Assembly: GCA_041906765.1 (NCBI GenBank)
Contig: JAYRIP010000003.1
Span: 30,760-94,759, forward strand
From: Candidatus Saccharimonadales bacterium
GTDB taxonomy: Bacteria; Patescibacteriota; Saccharimonadia; Saccharimonadales; JAYRRP01
Length of the DNA: 64,000 nt
Direction: 5' to 3'
Position 1 is the stretch's first letter, and each line of letters opens with the position of its first letter. The notes below the pieces were generated by a model. It saw nothing but the letters and a program-made list of their open reading frames with translations, searched no databases and was not told where the DNA came from. Of this stretch, positions 28,084 to 37,194 are shown piece by piece. The position numbers and the translations under genes were made by a program.

Positions 28084-29085
28084 ATGACGACGGATTTTGA
28101 AGTGCTGAGCGTCGGTGATATCGTTACGGACGCGTTTATCAAGCTGCAAGACGATCAGGCGAGAACTTATCATAATGAGGAGGGATACTGGTTGGCAATG
28201 CCGTTTGGCGTCAAAATACCATTTGACCATGTGGAAGTGGTCGAAGCGGTCGGAAACGCCCCGAATGCTGCGGTGAGCTTCGCGCGGCTTGGGCTCAAAA
28301 GTGCCCTGCAGGCAAACGTTGGTGAAGATCAGTATGGTCGAAGTATGATCCGAGCCCTGCACAAAAACCACGTAGATACACGTTTTGTTCGTATTAATCC
28401 CGATAAAGTGAGCAATTATCACTACGTGCTGTGGTATAAAGAAGAACGCACGATACTCATTAAGCACGAGGAGTATCAGTATCATTGGCCACATCTCCGG
28501 CCGGATGAAATCCCGAAATGGATCTACTTCAGCTCTATCAGTAAAAATTCCTTGAAATTTCATGATGATATAACTGACTGGCTCGAAACTCACCCAGAAG
28601 TGAAATTAGCCTTTCAGCCAGGAACATTCCAAATTGGCTTTGGTGCGAAACGGCTCGCTCGTTTGTATGCCTGCAGTGAGCTTTTAGCGGTTAACCGCGA
28701 AGAAGCAGTAGCCATTAGCGGTGGCGACCATGGTGATATTCATGATTTGTTTGATCGCTTACATGCTCTTGGACCTCGTATTGTGGTAATTAGCGACGGG
28801 CATGATGGCAGCTATGCTTCTGACGGCCAAAACCGCTACCGAATGCCCATTTACCCTGATCCTAAACTACCGTTTGAAAGAACCGGCGCAGGTGACGCCT
28901 TTACCTCCACTTTTGTAGCTGCCATCATCAAAGGCAGTAATATTGAAGGTGCACTCCAATGGGCTCCGATAAATTCCATGAGTGTGGTGCAGTATACGGG
29001 CGCCCAACAGGGGCTATTGGATGAACAAGCCTTGGCGGAGTTACTAAAAAAAGCGCCTGCAAATTATAAACCTCAACGCCTTTAA
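28084..29085 (+). CDS. PfkB-family carbohydrate kinase
   Basis: AAGGAG SD before ATG 28084. N-terminal VGDIVTD and C-terminal GAGDAFTS anion-hole motif. Substrate not inferable. Confidence 0.85.
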   Translation: MTTDFEVLSVGDIVTDAFIKLQDDQARTYHNEEGYWLAMPFGVKIPFDHVEVVEAVGNAPNAAVSFARLGLKSALQANVGEDQYGRSMIRALHKNHVDTRFVRINPDKVSNYHYVLWYKEERTILIKHEEYQYHWPHLRPDEIPKWIYFSSISKNSLKFHDDITDWLETHPEVKLAFQPGTFQIGFGAKRLARLYACSELLAVNREEAVAISGGDHGDIHDLFDRLHALGPRIVVISDGHDGSYASDGQNRYRMPIYPDPKLPFERTGAGDAFTSTFVAAIIKGSNIEGALQWAPINSMSVVQYTGAQQGLLDEQALAELLKKAPANYKPQRL

Positions 29086-29144
29086 TGCCCGAAAAGAGCT
29101 TACTTGGCGACAGCATTATGCTCATGGTAACCTTATAGGTAGCT

Positions 29145-30398
29145 ATGTCACGAGTATTGTCCGATTTGCTGGGGGCAAAAGAGCCTGCTTTCACGTTTGC
29201 ACTTGAAAGGCTAGAGTCCATGAGCGGTCACCCCAATGTTGACGTAAGACTGGTAACAGATGTTGAACAGACGGCCAAGAGTAAATTACGTCAGCTTGGT
29301 CTTGACCCCAATGACTCGACTGAACAAGAAGTGTTTCACTCCCTGCAAGCACTTACAAAGAAGCATGATGAGTTCTTGGCAAGTGCGGTGGGAGGTGAAG
29401 ACCCGACCGACACCCAAGACCTTTTACCCCGGCTTAAAGCCAGGGTTGAATCATTGCCGTTGCCAAAACGTGCCTGGGCAATAAAGCATAGCGTTGCAAA
29501 ACGTTTGCTCAAGGACCACCCACCACGTAATGTGATGCGGGTGCTCGGTTATAAGTCGGTTGATTCCATGCTAAAACGAGAAAAAATAGATGAGTTGTAT
29601 GGAGCTTGTCGATTTGTTGAAACTCCTCAATGGTATGCTCGTTTTACACGTGCCTATAAGAAATTGCGCCCAAGTGACTTTGAGCCGCGTGATATTACGA
29701 TTATTGACTATTCTTTTGAGAGATGGCACTCTGCCGCACACAGCTATACCGCTCAAGCGCGACAGAATATCGTTACTATTCCAGAGTTGGCATCTGTTGG
29801 AGTTTTGCCCTTGCCACAACAGCACATGAAAGGTATTTCGATTACACTATTGCCGTTGTTGGTACAGCAAATGTACGAAATCCGGGTTTATAGCGCATTT
29901 TTTAAGTTGCAACAGGTGAAGCCAGTATTTGGAGAAATTATTGCTCACACTCTTGCCGGCAAAGATACACATGTGGCCACAATCGGTGGCCAGCCAGTCC
30001 CTTGGCAAGTGCTGCACCGTTTTATGGGACGATACCATCCAAAGGACCTTCCCGCAGCATTTGATCCACATCTTCAGTTGGACGATTTAGTGTGGCAAAC
30101 TGCTGAGGAGATTCTGTATACAATTGAGCCGGCACTGAAGTTTTGGGAGGGCACTGGACACATTGGCTGGTCGAAGCAAGGTCAACCTGTCTCATTTCAT
30201 TTGCTCGATAATGCAGTGAATTACTGCAATGGCTTTTCGTTTGAGCATCGGACACTGATGCATTTTCGTAGCAGCTTATGGCATGAATTGCTGGAACGTT
30301 ATCTTAGCCAAAAAGCCTTTACCGATCAAGTGCTTAGAAATTTGGATGAAGAGCTGGTATCTCCCGAAGCATCATTAGTTTTATCGGGAGTTTCGTAG
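29145..30398 (+). CDS. hypothetical protein (417 aa), no recognisable domain
   Basis: Long clean ORF, apparently soluble. Stop is 5 nt before the next gene. Confidence 0.6.
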   Translation: MSRVLSDLLGAKEPAFTFALERLESMSGHPNVDVRLVTDVEQTAKSKLRQLGLDPNDSTEQEVFHSLQALTKKHDEFLASAVGGEDPTDTQDLLPRLKARVESLPLPKRAWAIKHSVAKRLLKDHPPRNVMRVLGYKSVDSMLKREKIDELYGACRFVETPQWYARFTRAYKKLRPSDFEPRDITIIDYSFERWHSAAHSYTAQARQNIVTIPELASVGVLPLPQQHMKGISITLLPLLVQQMYEIRVYSAFFKLQQVKPVFGEIIAHTLAGKDTHVATIGGQPVPWQVLHRFMGRYHPKDLPAAFDPHLQLDDLVWQTAEEILYTIEPALKFWEGTGHIGWSKQGQPVSFHLLDNAVNYCNGFSFEHRTLMHFRSSLWHELLERYLSQKAFTDQVLRNLDEELVSPEASLVLSGVS

Positions 30399-30403
30399 TA
30401 TAT

Positions 30404-30967
30404 ATGTACCAAATATGTATTTCGGGCGCGTCAAAAGGTAGGAGTGCTGGAGAGGGAAAACAGCTGGCAGAGGCCGCTGGTATTGCCCTCGCAAAAGGTG
30501 GTCACGCACTGATGACAGGTGCAACAGTTGGCATACCGTACTACGCTGCCCGGGCCTACAAGAAGGCTGGTGGGAAAATGAGCTTGGGTATCAGCCCGGC
30601 GGCTAGTAAGGTTGAGCACGTGGTCAAGTACCGTCTACCAACAAAACCCTTTGATATATTGCTCTATAGTGGGCTCCATTATGTTGGCCGGGATGCTTTG
30701 CTTATTAACTCGTGCGATGCCGTTATTAGCATTGGTGGTCGTTTGGGCACACTGCATGAATTCACTATTGCTATGGAAACCGATACGCCAATTGGCTTTT
30801 TAGAAGGCGGTGGCGGGATTAGCGCTGAAATTACCGATATCCTGAAGGCTGCTGATAGGGGGAAGAGTAAGGAAGTTATTTTTAGCATCGACGCCAATGA
30901 ATTACTGAAGCAATTAGTTGCACAGCTTGATAAGCGTCACGAAAACCATCTAGACTTATACCGCTAG
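30404..30967 (+). CDS. TIGR00725/LOG-like (SLOG superfamily) Rossmann protein
   Basis: ICISGASKG ... LMTGATVGIPYYAA ... DAVISIGGRLGTLHEF matches the GGxGTxxE pattern of LOG-type proteins. Confidence 0.65.
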   Translation: MYQICISGASKGRSAGEGKQLAEAAGIALAKGGHALMTGATVGIPYYAARAYKKAGGKMSLGISPAASKVEHVVKYRLPTKPFDILLYSGLHYVGRDALLINSCDAVISIGGRLGTLHEFTIAMETDTPIGFLEGGGGISAEITDILKAADRGKSKEVIFSIDANELLKQLVAQLDKRHENHLDLYR

Positions 30968-31016
30968 TGCTTGTAAAGTACTTGGCATATAGATAAAAAC
31001 GAAAAGGACACAAGTC

Positions 31017-31628
31017 ATGGAACGTGCAATAAAACAAACTGGTTTCGCTGTTGTTGAAGCTCTGCTTATCTTTGTGATCATAGGCATTATTGGCGGCACT
31101 AGCTGGTATGTCTGGAAGACACAAAAAAGTGCTAAACAGTCCAATAATGCGACTCAACCTATATCGAATACCCAGACGAAACCAGTGCCATCGAACAATA
31201 ATCAAACTCCAGAATCTATGCAAAAATATTTAGATATAAAGGAGTGGGGTGTGAAACTTAAACTGTCTGAAAAATCAACGGGTGTTTATTATGTAGTAAA
31301 AGATGGATCGACAATTTGGTTATTCGACAAAAACTTTGATGAACAGAAAAACTCCAACGGCACTCAATGCAAAGACGATACATTTCCTCCTTATGTCATT
31401 ATTCGTAATAGAGGAAGTAAGACAGAGAATATTGATACGGCTATAAGCATGCAAATAAAGGTTAGTGACTACGTATATACTGGCACGGTTTCCAATGGTG
31501 CTGCTCCAAAGTGTGCTAGTGTTTCTTCTGCAGGAGAAAAGTTCCAAGAAGATACTAATATCTCTACCGCTTGGGCCTCAACACGTATGATGCTTCGCGA
31601 CTTATTTGGAACATTACAGGCTGACTAA
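31017..31628 (+). CDS. type IV pilin-like protein (prepilin N-terminal cleavage/methylation signal)
   Basis: KQTG|FAVVEALL: Gly at -1, Phe at +1, Glu at +5, followed by a hydrophobic helix. AAAGGA SD. Confidence 0.75.
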   Translation: MERAIKQTGFAVVEALLIFVIIGIIGGTSWYVWKTQKSAKQSNNATQPISNTQTKPVPSNNNQTPESMQKYLDIKEWGVKLKLSEKSTGVYYVVKDGSTIWLFDKNFDEQKNSNGTQCKDDTFPPYVIIRNRGSKTENIDTAISMQIKVSDYVYTGTVSNGAAPKCASVSSAGEKFQEDTNISTAWASTRMMLRDLFGTLQAD

Positions 31629-31684
31629 AATTTTAATGCTAGTCTTTGTCGGTGTATAAATAAGAAAAGGATAATTAGATGTAG

Positions 31685-32307
31685 ATGAACACAAAAATAA
31701 AAGAACACGGATTTGCGCTTTGGGAACTGCTCATTATTATAGTGGTTTTATTGGTGGTGGGTGGCATTGGTGCATATGTATGGAACAAAAAGAATGAGCA
31801 AAAGACTACAACGGTGAGTTCAAAAACTGTCACCGCAAAACCAGATACAAAGGAACCTAGGCAAAACCAGATACAAAGGAACCTAGCAAGACAACTGCTT
31901 ACTTCACCATTAAAGAATGGGGCGTGAGAGCACCATATGATGATGCTTCTGATTTTATATATACGCTTGATAAAGACGGTAATAACGCCAAAGTAAAGTC
32001 AAAAAAGCTGTTGGCAATGAACCAAGGCTGTGACTTTGGGGATGACGGATTTATTGGTTATTTGTATCGTGCTTTGCCGAGTGACCCTGCTCCAAGCGAG
32101 GTAGAAGATTCTACTACTGTTGAGCAACGGGCAAAAGAGTATCCAGACGGTTTTAAAAAGATTGGTGACTATTACTACTATGTTATAGGACCTCAACAGA
32201 CATGTTTCGCTGCAAACACTAAAAATGTAGAAGAAATTTCAAAAGTAGCAGAACAAAAATCCAATGACTTAAAAGCAATAGTCAAAAAACTAGAAGCAAC
32301 TAAATAA
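31685..32307 (+). pseudogene. pilin-like paralog disrupted by a 26-bp tandem duplication (ORFs 31685-31927 and 31924-32307)
   Basis: KEHG|FALWELL prepilin signal. Removing one 26-bp copy joins the two ORFs into ...VTAKPDTKEPSKTTAYFTIKEWGVRAPYDD (199 aa), which parallels LDIKEWGVKLKL in the upstream paralog. Confidence 0.75.
31835..31886 (+). repeat. perfect 26-bp tandem duplication (2 copies)
   Basis: gcaaaaccagatacaaaggaacctag at 31835-31860 and again at 31861-31886, 26/26 identical. Confidence 0.95.
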
Positions 32308-32363
32308 GCGTAAACAGAGCAAAGACGTTCAGAAGTTAGCAGCGTGTGCGCTACACTAAGTAG

Positions 32364-34328
32364 GTGAGTAAGTTTCAGCTGAATTCGGAGTTTCAGCCTA
32401 CTGGTGATCAGCCAAAGGCAATTGCTCAATTGACCGGTGGCTTGAAGGACAGTGTCAAAGAGCAAGTACTCCTGGGTGTAACCGGGTCTGGCAAGACCTT
32501 TACCATGGCCAATGCTATTCAGAACGTCCAACGTCCCACTTTGGTGCTGAGTCACAATAAGACGCTGGCGGCCCAACTTTATAGTGAGTTTAAGCGTTTT
32601 TTTCCCGAAAACGCAGTGCACTATTTTGTGAGCTACTTCGATTATTATCAACCAGAAGCTTATATTCCCCGGAGCGACACTTATATAGAAAAAGACAGCC
32701 AGATTAACGAGGAAATTGACCGTTTGCGCCACGCGGCGACGGATGCGTTATTGTCGCGCCGAGACGTGATTATTGTTGCCAGTGTGAGTTGTATTTACGG
32801 CATTGGTTCGGTCGAAGACTATAACGGCTTGGCAGTGAGCCTTAAAAAGGGCGAACGACGGTTGCGAGATAAACTGCTAAGACAACTCACTGATATACAG
32901 TACCAACGCAATGATATAGATTTTCACCGGAGCACATTTCGCGTGCATGGGGATGTCGTAGATATTTTTCCGGCCGGTGAAGAGGTAGCTTATCGTACAG
33001 AATTTTTTGGGGAAGAAATAGATCGTATCACTAAGATCGATCCATTAACGGGGGAAATATTAACTGAACTGCCTGAGCTGAAAGTATTTCCGGGCAGTCA
33101 CTATGTCACGCCGCATGACAAACTTAAAACGGCTCTAGGTAAGATAGAGGAGGAGCTCGCACAGCGGCTGGCATTCTTTAAGAAGAATGGACAGCTTCTT
33201 GAAGCCCAACGCCTTGAACAACGAACACGTTTTGACTTGGAAATGCTCGAAGAGACGGGTTTTGTAAAAGGGATTGAAAACTACAGTCGTTATCTAACCA
33301 ATCGAGAACCTGGTGAACAACCGGCAACATTGTTGGATTATTACCCTGATGATTTCTTAATGTTTATTGATGAGTCGCACATGACAATTCCACAGGTGCG
33401 TGGTATGTACAATGGCGACCGGGCGCGTAAAGAGGTTTTAGTCGAACACGGCTTTAGGCTGCCAAGTGCGCTGGACAATCGGCCATTAACGTTTACTGAG
33501 TTCGAGCGACACATTAATCAGACAGTCTATGTCAGTGCGACACCTGCAGAATTTGAACTTAGACGGAGCCCTCAACCTATAGAACAGGTTATTCGGCCAA
33601 CTGGCTTGCTTGATCCAAATATAGAAGTGCGGCCGATTAAAGGCCAGATTGACGATTTGATCGAAGAGATTAAGCAGACAATAGAGAAGCAGCAAAGAGT
33701 TCTGGTGACGACGCTTACAAAACGCATGGCAGAGGATCTTACGGAATATTTGCAGGAAATTAAAATTAAGGTCACGTACCTGCATAGTGATGTGGACACA
33801 CTGGACCGTACTGATATACTACGTGATTTACGCCTAGGGATTTATGACGTACTGATTGGCATCAATCTTTTGCGTGAAGGCTTGGATTTACCCGAGGTAA
33901 GTTTGGTGGCTATTTTGGATGCTGACAAAGAGGGGTTTTTGCGCAGTGAACAAGCTTTAATTCAAACGGTTGGTCGTGCTGCCAGACATGTGGAAGGCCG
34001 AGTGTTAATGTACGCGGACACTGTAACCGGCAGCATGCAGCGCACAATGGACGAGACGAATCGACGTCGACAAATTCAACAGGAGTATAACCAGACCCAT
34101 GGCATCACGCCAAAAGGCATATCCAAAGAAGTCGAGAAAGGCCTAAGACCTGACCTGCCGGAAGAGGCCAAGAAAGCTAAATTGGACCTGAAGAAAATTC
34201 CTCCGGACGAATATGGCCATCTCATCAAGGATTTGTCGTCCCAGATGGAACTAGTTGCGGCTAATCTGGAATTTGAAAAAGCTGCCGAGCTGCGCGACAT
34301 TATTGCTGATATAAAAAGTAAACTTTAA
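32364..34328 (+). CDS. uvrB: excinuclease ABC subunit B
   Basis: [22 protein letters not shown] aligns with the canonical UvrB N-terminus. Walker [18 protein letters not shown]-terminal UVR motif [10 protein letters not shown]. Confidence 0.95.
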   Translation: MSKFQLNSEFQPTGDQPKAIAQLTGGLKDSVKEQVLLGVTGSGKTFTMANAIQNVQRPTLVLSHNKTLAAQLYSEFKRFFPENAVHYFVSYFDYYQPEAYIPRSDTYIEKDSQINEEIDRLRHAATDALLSRRDVIIVASVSCIYGIGSVEDYNGLAVSLKKGERRLRDKLLRQLTDIQYQRNDIDFHRSTFRVHGDVVDIFPAGEEVAYRTEFFGEEIDRITKIDPLTGEILTELPELKVFPGSHYVTPHDKLKTALGKIEEELAQRLAFFKKNGQLLEAQRLEQRTRFDLEMLEETGFVKGIENYSRYLTNREPGEQPATLLDYYPDDFLMFIDESHMTIPQVRGMYNGDRARKEVLVEHGFRLPSALDNRPLTFTEFERHINQTVYVSATPAEFELRRSPQPIEQVIRPTGLLDPNIEVRPIKGQIDDLIEEIKQTIEKQQRVLVTTLTKRMAEDLTEYLQEIKIKVTYLHSDVDTLDRTDILRDLRLGIYDVLIGINLLREGLDLPEVSLVAILDADKEGFLRSEQALIQTVGRAARHVEGRVLMYADTVTGSMQRTMDETNRRRQIQQEYNQTHGITPKGISKEVEKGLRPDLPEEAKKAKLDLKKIPPDEYGHLIKDLSSQMELVAANLEFEKAAELRDIIADIKSKL

Positions 34329-34381
34329 TCGTACCTTTATATTGCTTGTGCTATACTCCTCTTAAAACAGGAATACTAGCT

Positions 34382-35662
34382 GTGGACGATTCAAAAGATA
34401 CAGACAACAACCAAATAACAGACGAGTCAACAAAAACCAGGCTAAGCAAAGAACACAGAGAAGACGATGTCTTCGTTCCAAGTGCTTCATTGAAGGTAGA
34501 GTCGACTGAGGTAGCGGTAGAAAATGCCTTGCATGAGGCTGACAAGTTTAAGGCTACTTCTTCGCCCCATTATGGGTGGCGAGAGCGTATGAGAAAATTA
34601 TATGCTAACTTGCCGCATGTCTATACAGTTGAATTTACTGTTTACCTATTGGTATCACTAGCAATTTTGGTACTTACTAATTTTTTGTGGCGAGGCATCA
34701 TTGACGGATTTGGTAAGCCAGACGGCCAGAGCTTATTCGGTGCGCAATTTACCTATAACAGCAGTGTGGCGGTAATCGCGGCCACTGTAGTGCTGCTCCC
34801 ATTCCTTCTGTGGTTCTTAATGCGTGTCAATCGGGTGGAAACAAGCACACCACAAGTAAAAGATCACCGTGTCCGCAAGTGGTTGCTAGGTATATTTTTG
34901 GTAGTTCTTAGCATTGCAGCTATTGCTTCAGCAGTTAGTCTAGTACAGGGGATTTTTGGCACTCTCGCAAACGCTGGTTTGGCAACTGAGGACAAACAAC
35001 CTCAACTCTGGAAAACGGTACTGAAAGAAGCATTTGCCTTTCTACTGTTTGCTAGTACGGCAATAATTTATGCTCGGGATTTTCGCTATGACTCGGTGCA
35101 TGACCATGAACGGACCGCATGGTTCAAGCGGCTCTTGCATAAATTCTTGGCCGTTGTTGCGCTGGTGGTGTTAATTGGTTTTATTAGCTTTCCACTTATG
35201 AAACAATGTGCCAGTTTCGTTGATGGTGTTATTAGCAAGGATCTTAGTACTATTATTAATAAAATCTATAATGCTCAACCTTCGAGATATTCCAAAGCTA
35301 TTACACTGGGTGATCTAAAATTGGATGAGCGTATAAAAGCCAGGGCAGAAAAATATAATTACACCTTGGAGCGTAAAAAGAAAAATGCCTATAACTATTA
35401 CTACGAACTTTGTGCAGACTTCAAGACTGATACAAAATCTAATGCCGATCAACAAAAACCAGCACCAATAGAACTCTTAAGCCGTGCTTCAGATTCAAAC
35501 AAGTCTAGTGGTGCAGATGCTACCTCTTATCGAATGAACGAAGAGGATACTAATTTGCACAGTAAAGGACGCAGCTGCTTTAAAGTGTATGATGGACAGT
35601 CAACCTATGATGACTACAACTCACCAAGCTCACGCAGCGATTCTGAAGTGATAGTAAACTAG
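34382..35662 (+). CDS. hypothetical membrane protein with acidic N-terminus
   Basis: About 6 TM helices and an N/Y/K-rich C-terminal tail. Start uncertain: ORF opens at 34346, but TGCTATACT at 34349-34357 looks like its promoter, so GTG 34382 was chosen. Confidence 0.5.
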   Translation: MDDSKDTDNNQITDESTKTRLSKEHREDDVFVPSASLKVESTEVAVENALHEADKFKATSSPHYGWRERMRKLYANLPHVYTVEFTVYLLVSLAILVLTNFLWRGIIDGFGKPDGQSLFGAQFTYNSSVAVIAATVVLLPFLLWFLMRVNRVETSTPQVKDHRVRKWLLGIFLVVLSIAAIASAVSLVQGIFGTLANAGLATEDKQPQLWKTVLKEAFAFLLFASTAIIYARDFRYDSVHDHERTAWFKRLLHKFLAVVALVVLIGFISFPLMKQCASFVDGVISKDLSTIINKIYNAQPSRYSKAITLGDLKLDERIKARAEKYNYTLERKKKNAYNYYYELCADFKTDTKSNADQQKPAPIELLSRASDSNKSSGADATSYRMNEEDTNLHSKGRSCFKVYDGQSTYDDYNSPSSRSDSEVIVN

Positions 35663-35687
35663 CCATTAGTGCACAAAAATAAGCGAG

Positions 35688-36821
35688 CTAAGGAGACAGT
35701 GACGGGATTTCGTCGCCATCGTCCAGATGGACTTCATGAAAATCAAGCTGTGTTGCATCATATGAGCCGCGTTGGTTTATTTGACGAGCGAGTTGGAGCA
35801 AACGTCGCTCTATATGTCCGAGCGTTGTTGGATCTCCGATAGTCAAGTGAGCTCCATCGATCGTTTTAATCCGAACATTCGGATGGTTCTGAAAAATTTG
35901 TTGCCACTTGTGTGGCATGCTGGCAAAATCGTCATGAAAAGTAGTGATGTGCATCTGCTGATTTTCAGGAATGTGGCGGGCGAGTGCACCTGCTTCGCCG
36001 CTAAACAAAGCAGGCCCAATTGCTACGTTATAAGCAATGGCTTGCGGGTGAGGGTCGACGGTGGCAGGGTAGTATACAAGAGGATTTAAGGCAATTCTTC
36101 CTAGTAATTTGCCGATTTCAACTGGTTCATGTGCCACTTGTTCGAACAGTCTTCCAAGGTGCCGTGGTCGAAGAGGTTCCGGGAAGCAAGGGGCGGTAAG
36201 ATCGGCGTAGATAACCTCACGGTTACGTTGGGCGGCCTGTGCTATGACTCCTTGTCCAACCATTGCTCCGCGTGATTCGCCCAGGAGAATCATATGAGAA
36301 TTGTCATTTGTTCTCTTGGCGTCCGGTAGCACATCGAGTACGTTATGTAGCTGATGGGCGCTGTACCCAAGCTTTATGTTATGCAGGCGACTGGCATGCT
36401 CAGAAGGGTGAAATATGGACTCCTCACGATGTCCTCCTTCTGGCCCGACTAGCACCATCGGAAAACCGAGACGCATTAAGTGTTGGATCGTGTGTCGATT
36501 GTGGCCGCGGGTACTAGTGAACCACGCGGTAGTCATTGCCACGGGGGCTTCGATAATAGGGTGGTTGGGTACGGCGGTCACTACTTCATATTGCTGACCA
36601 TCGCTCATGGTAGCGACATCACTATAGACAGTACCATGGGCATGACGATCTTTTTGTTCGACGTTTTGCCGATAGTCTTCAAGGTAGGTGGAGTATTCCT
36701 TCAGTGGCTCAAGCGGAGCATTTACCTCTGAGTTGGGAGTTGCCGTAAGGACTTGATCGGGACGTATGGCTTCCATGAAACTTTGCTGCCCATTCTTTAC
36801 CTTAATAGTATTCCTAAGCAA
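35688..36821 (-). CDS. putative alpha/beta-fold hydrolase
   Basis: Nucleophile-elbow-like GESRG in ILLGESRGAMVG, with later Asp/His candidates. Start uncertain (TTG 36821 or ATG 36776). Confidence 0.5.
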   Translation of the reverse strand: MLRNTIKVKNGQQSFMEAIRPDQVLTATPNSEVNAPLEPLKEYSTYLEDYRQNVEQKDRHAHGTVYSDVATMSDGQQYEVVTAVPNHPIIEAPVAMTTAWFTSTRGHNRHTIQHLMRLGFPMVLVGPEGGHREESIFHPSEHASRLHNIKLGYSAHQLHNVLDVLPDAKRTNDNSHMILLGESRGAMVGQGVIAQAAQRNREVIYADLTAPCFPEPLRPRHLGRLFEQVAHEPVEIGKLLGRIALNPLVYYPATVDPHPQAIAYNVAIGPALFSGEAGALARHIPENQQMHITTFHDDFASMPHKWQQIFQNHPNVRIKTIDGAHLTIGDPTTLGHIERRLLQLARQINQRGSYDATQLDFHEVHLDDGDEIPSLSP

Positions 36822-36900
36822 ATGGTTTGTAAAGCAAGCCGCGGAAGGGATGTCCGGACGCTGGATATTGCCCAGTTAATCTTTTATACTTGAATCACCT

Positions 36901-37191
36901 ATGACAAAACTTACGCGTGGTGATGTCTTAAAATTGGCCAAACTTTCTAAGTTGCAGCTATCAGAACAAGAGGTGGCGGAATATATTCGCGAACTATCCC
37001 GAATCCTGGAGTACGTTGAAAAATTACAGTCCGTAGAGATAAAGGATATTGAGCCAACGCACCAGGTGACTGGCCTTACAAATGTAATGCGGGCCGATGA
37101 ACAAGTAGATTATGGGATAAGCCGTGAAGATTTATTGAAAAATGTTCCTGCAATTAAAGATGGCCAGATAAAAGTGAAACGGGTGCTCTAA
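36901..37191 (+). CDS. gatC: Asp/Glu-tRNA amidotransferase subunit C
   Basis: 96 aa, LAKLSKLQLSEQE...YVEKL pattern. Directly precedes gatA. Confidence 0.9.
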   Translation: MTKLTRGDVLKLAKLSKLQLSEQEVAEYIRELSRILEYVEKLQSVEIKDIEPTHQVTGLTNVMRADEQVDYGISREDLLKNVPAIKDGQIKVKRVL

Positions 37192-37194
37192 GAT

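Noticed and set aside
27973-28593. 206-aa minus-strand ORF. Similar long antisense ORFs occur at 13367-13900, 32193-32732, 43995-44492, 49056-49490 and 56740-57252
   Set aside because: All lie antisense within strongly supported genes (pfkB-family kinase, pheT, uvrB, dnaE, malic enzyme, clpC). None has a recognisable motif.
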